Shown here in pieces: positions 63,240 through 64,000 of a stretch of DNA of 64,000 bases (within the stretch, counting starts at the first letter, position 1; each line of letters begins with the position of its first letter). The stretch is taken from NCBI RefSeq assembly GCF_006345805.1, contig NC_043010.1:38378001-38442000 (forward strand), written 5' to 3'. The DNA comes from Octopus sinensis. Lineage: Eukaryota. The translations under genes and the position numbers were made by a program. The notes beneath the pieces were generated by a model, which was given only the letters and a program-made list of their open reading frames with translations, was not told where the DNA came from and searched no databases.

Positions 63240-63560
63240 CTCTGAGATGCATCATCAGTGACTTTTCTGGGGTCTTCAAGGGTTTCTGGTCTTTCAACAT
63301 CAGATCTCCTCGTCCAGATGACCCAACCAGATATGACCAAGTCCTACCTTGCATCCTTGTAGCCACAACTTATTGGCCTGCAGTCTTTATCCAAAGCCAT
63401 CTGGTAGCCTTCACTGCAGTTTCGACGGTGGAATGTATGGCCCTCCATTCAACTACACCTTTGAACTCTAAGCTCAGTCAAAGCTTTGCAGAGAGGACAC
63501 CATATAAGAACTCGGCAGCCTGCTTCGGTTGCAAGATTTCATATCGTCATCGAAGACTTC
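63240..63560 (-). mobile_element. HERO-like RLE retrotransposon 3' end
   Basis: EAGCRVL (EVGCRGF-like)...LCKALTEL...ETAVKATRWLWIK, and UTR TCTGATGTTGAAAGACC...GAAACCC...TCACTGATGATG. Confidence 0.7.
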
Positions 63561-63807
63561 CAAGGGAATTGAAATGCTTAATATCACAAGACAAAAACTC
63601 GTGTGGTGTATTGGTCGTCGTCTTCTTCTTCTTCTCTTCTTCTTCTTCTTCTTCTTCTTCTTCTTCTTCTTCTTCTTCTTCGTCTTCTACCTTCTTATCA
63701 TAAAATACCCGTTAAGTCTTGGAATTGATGGTAAAAACTATCCGCCTCCCCCCCGCCCACTCAAAATTATTGGTCTTATTCCTGGATAAGAAACCGTTAT
63801 TGAAAAT

Positions 63808-63975
63808 AAGCGGTGAGCTGACAGAATCGTTAGTGCATCAGAAAAAAATGCTTTGCTGCAGATGTTTCTACTCTTTGCATTCTGAGTTCAAATCCCGCCG
63901 AGGTCACTTTGTCCTTTCATCTTTTCTAGGTAGATAAATAAAGTATCACTCAAGTATTGGAACCGCTGTAATCGA
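63808..63975 (+). mobile_element. SINE A, decayed
   Basis: Homology to family A. Confidence 0.7.
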
Positions 63976-64000
63976 ACCTATACGAACCTTCTTCTTTCTT

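Overview
AT-rich, microsatellite-saturated, apparently non-coding eukaryotic DNA. The SINE repertoire looks like an octopod cephalopod (Octopus); this is inferred from repeat content and was not searched. No intact protein-coding gene is supportable, and nearly all long ORFs in the track are artefacts of simple repeats or minisatellites. The window holds roughly 50 tRNA-derived SINE units in four families that I label A-D, fragments of Tx1/L1, CR1, RTE, HERO, R4-like and Penelope retrotransposons, a decayed mariner with nested insertions, several MITEs, and two minisatellite systems. The most notable signals are: (i) short Penelope-type elements carrying minimal hammerhead ribozymes, including one intact core at 39460-39498 and one tRNA-headed SINE-like carrier; (ii) a Tx1-like LINE embedded in GATA/GACA arrays whose 3' tail matches SINE A, which forms 184-bp multimers with a fixed junction; (iii) a 14-bp minisatellite with about 25 CSL/Su(H)-type sites; (iv) an inverted pair of 15-bp minisatellites built from B-box-like units. 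All alignments and counts were made by eye, so coordinates of decayed elements are approximate.
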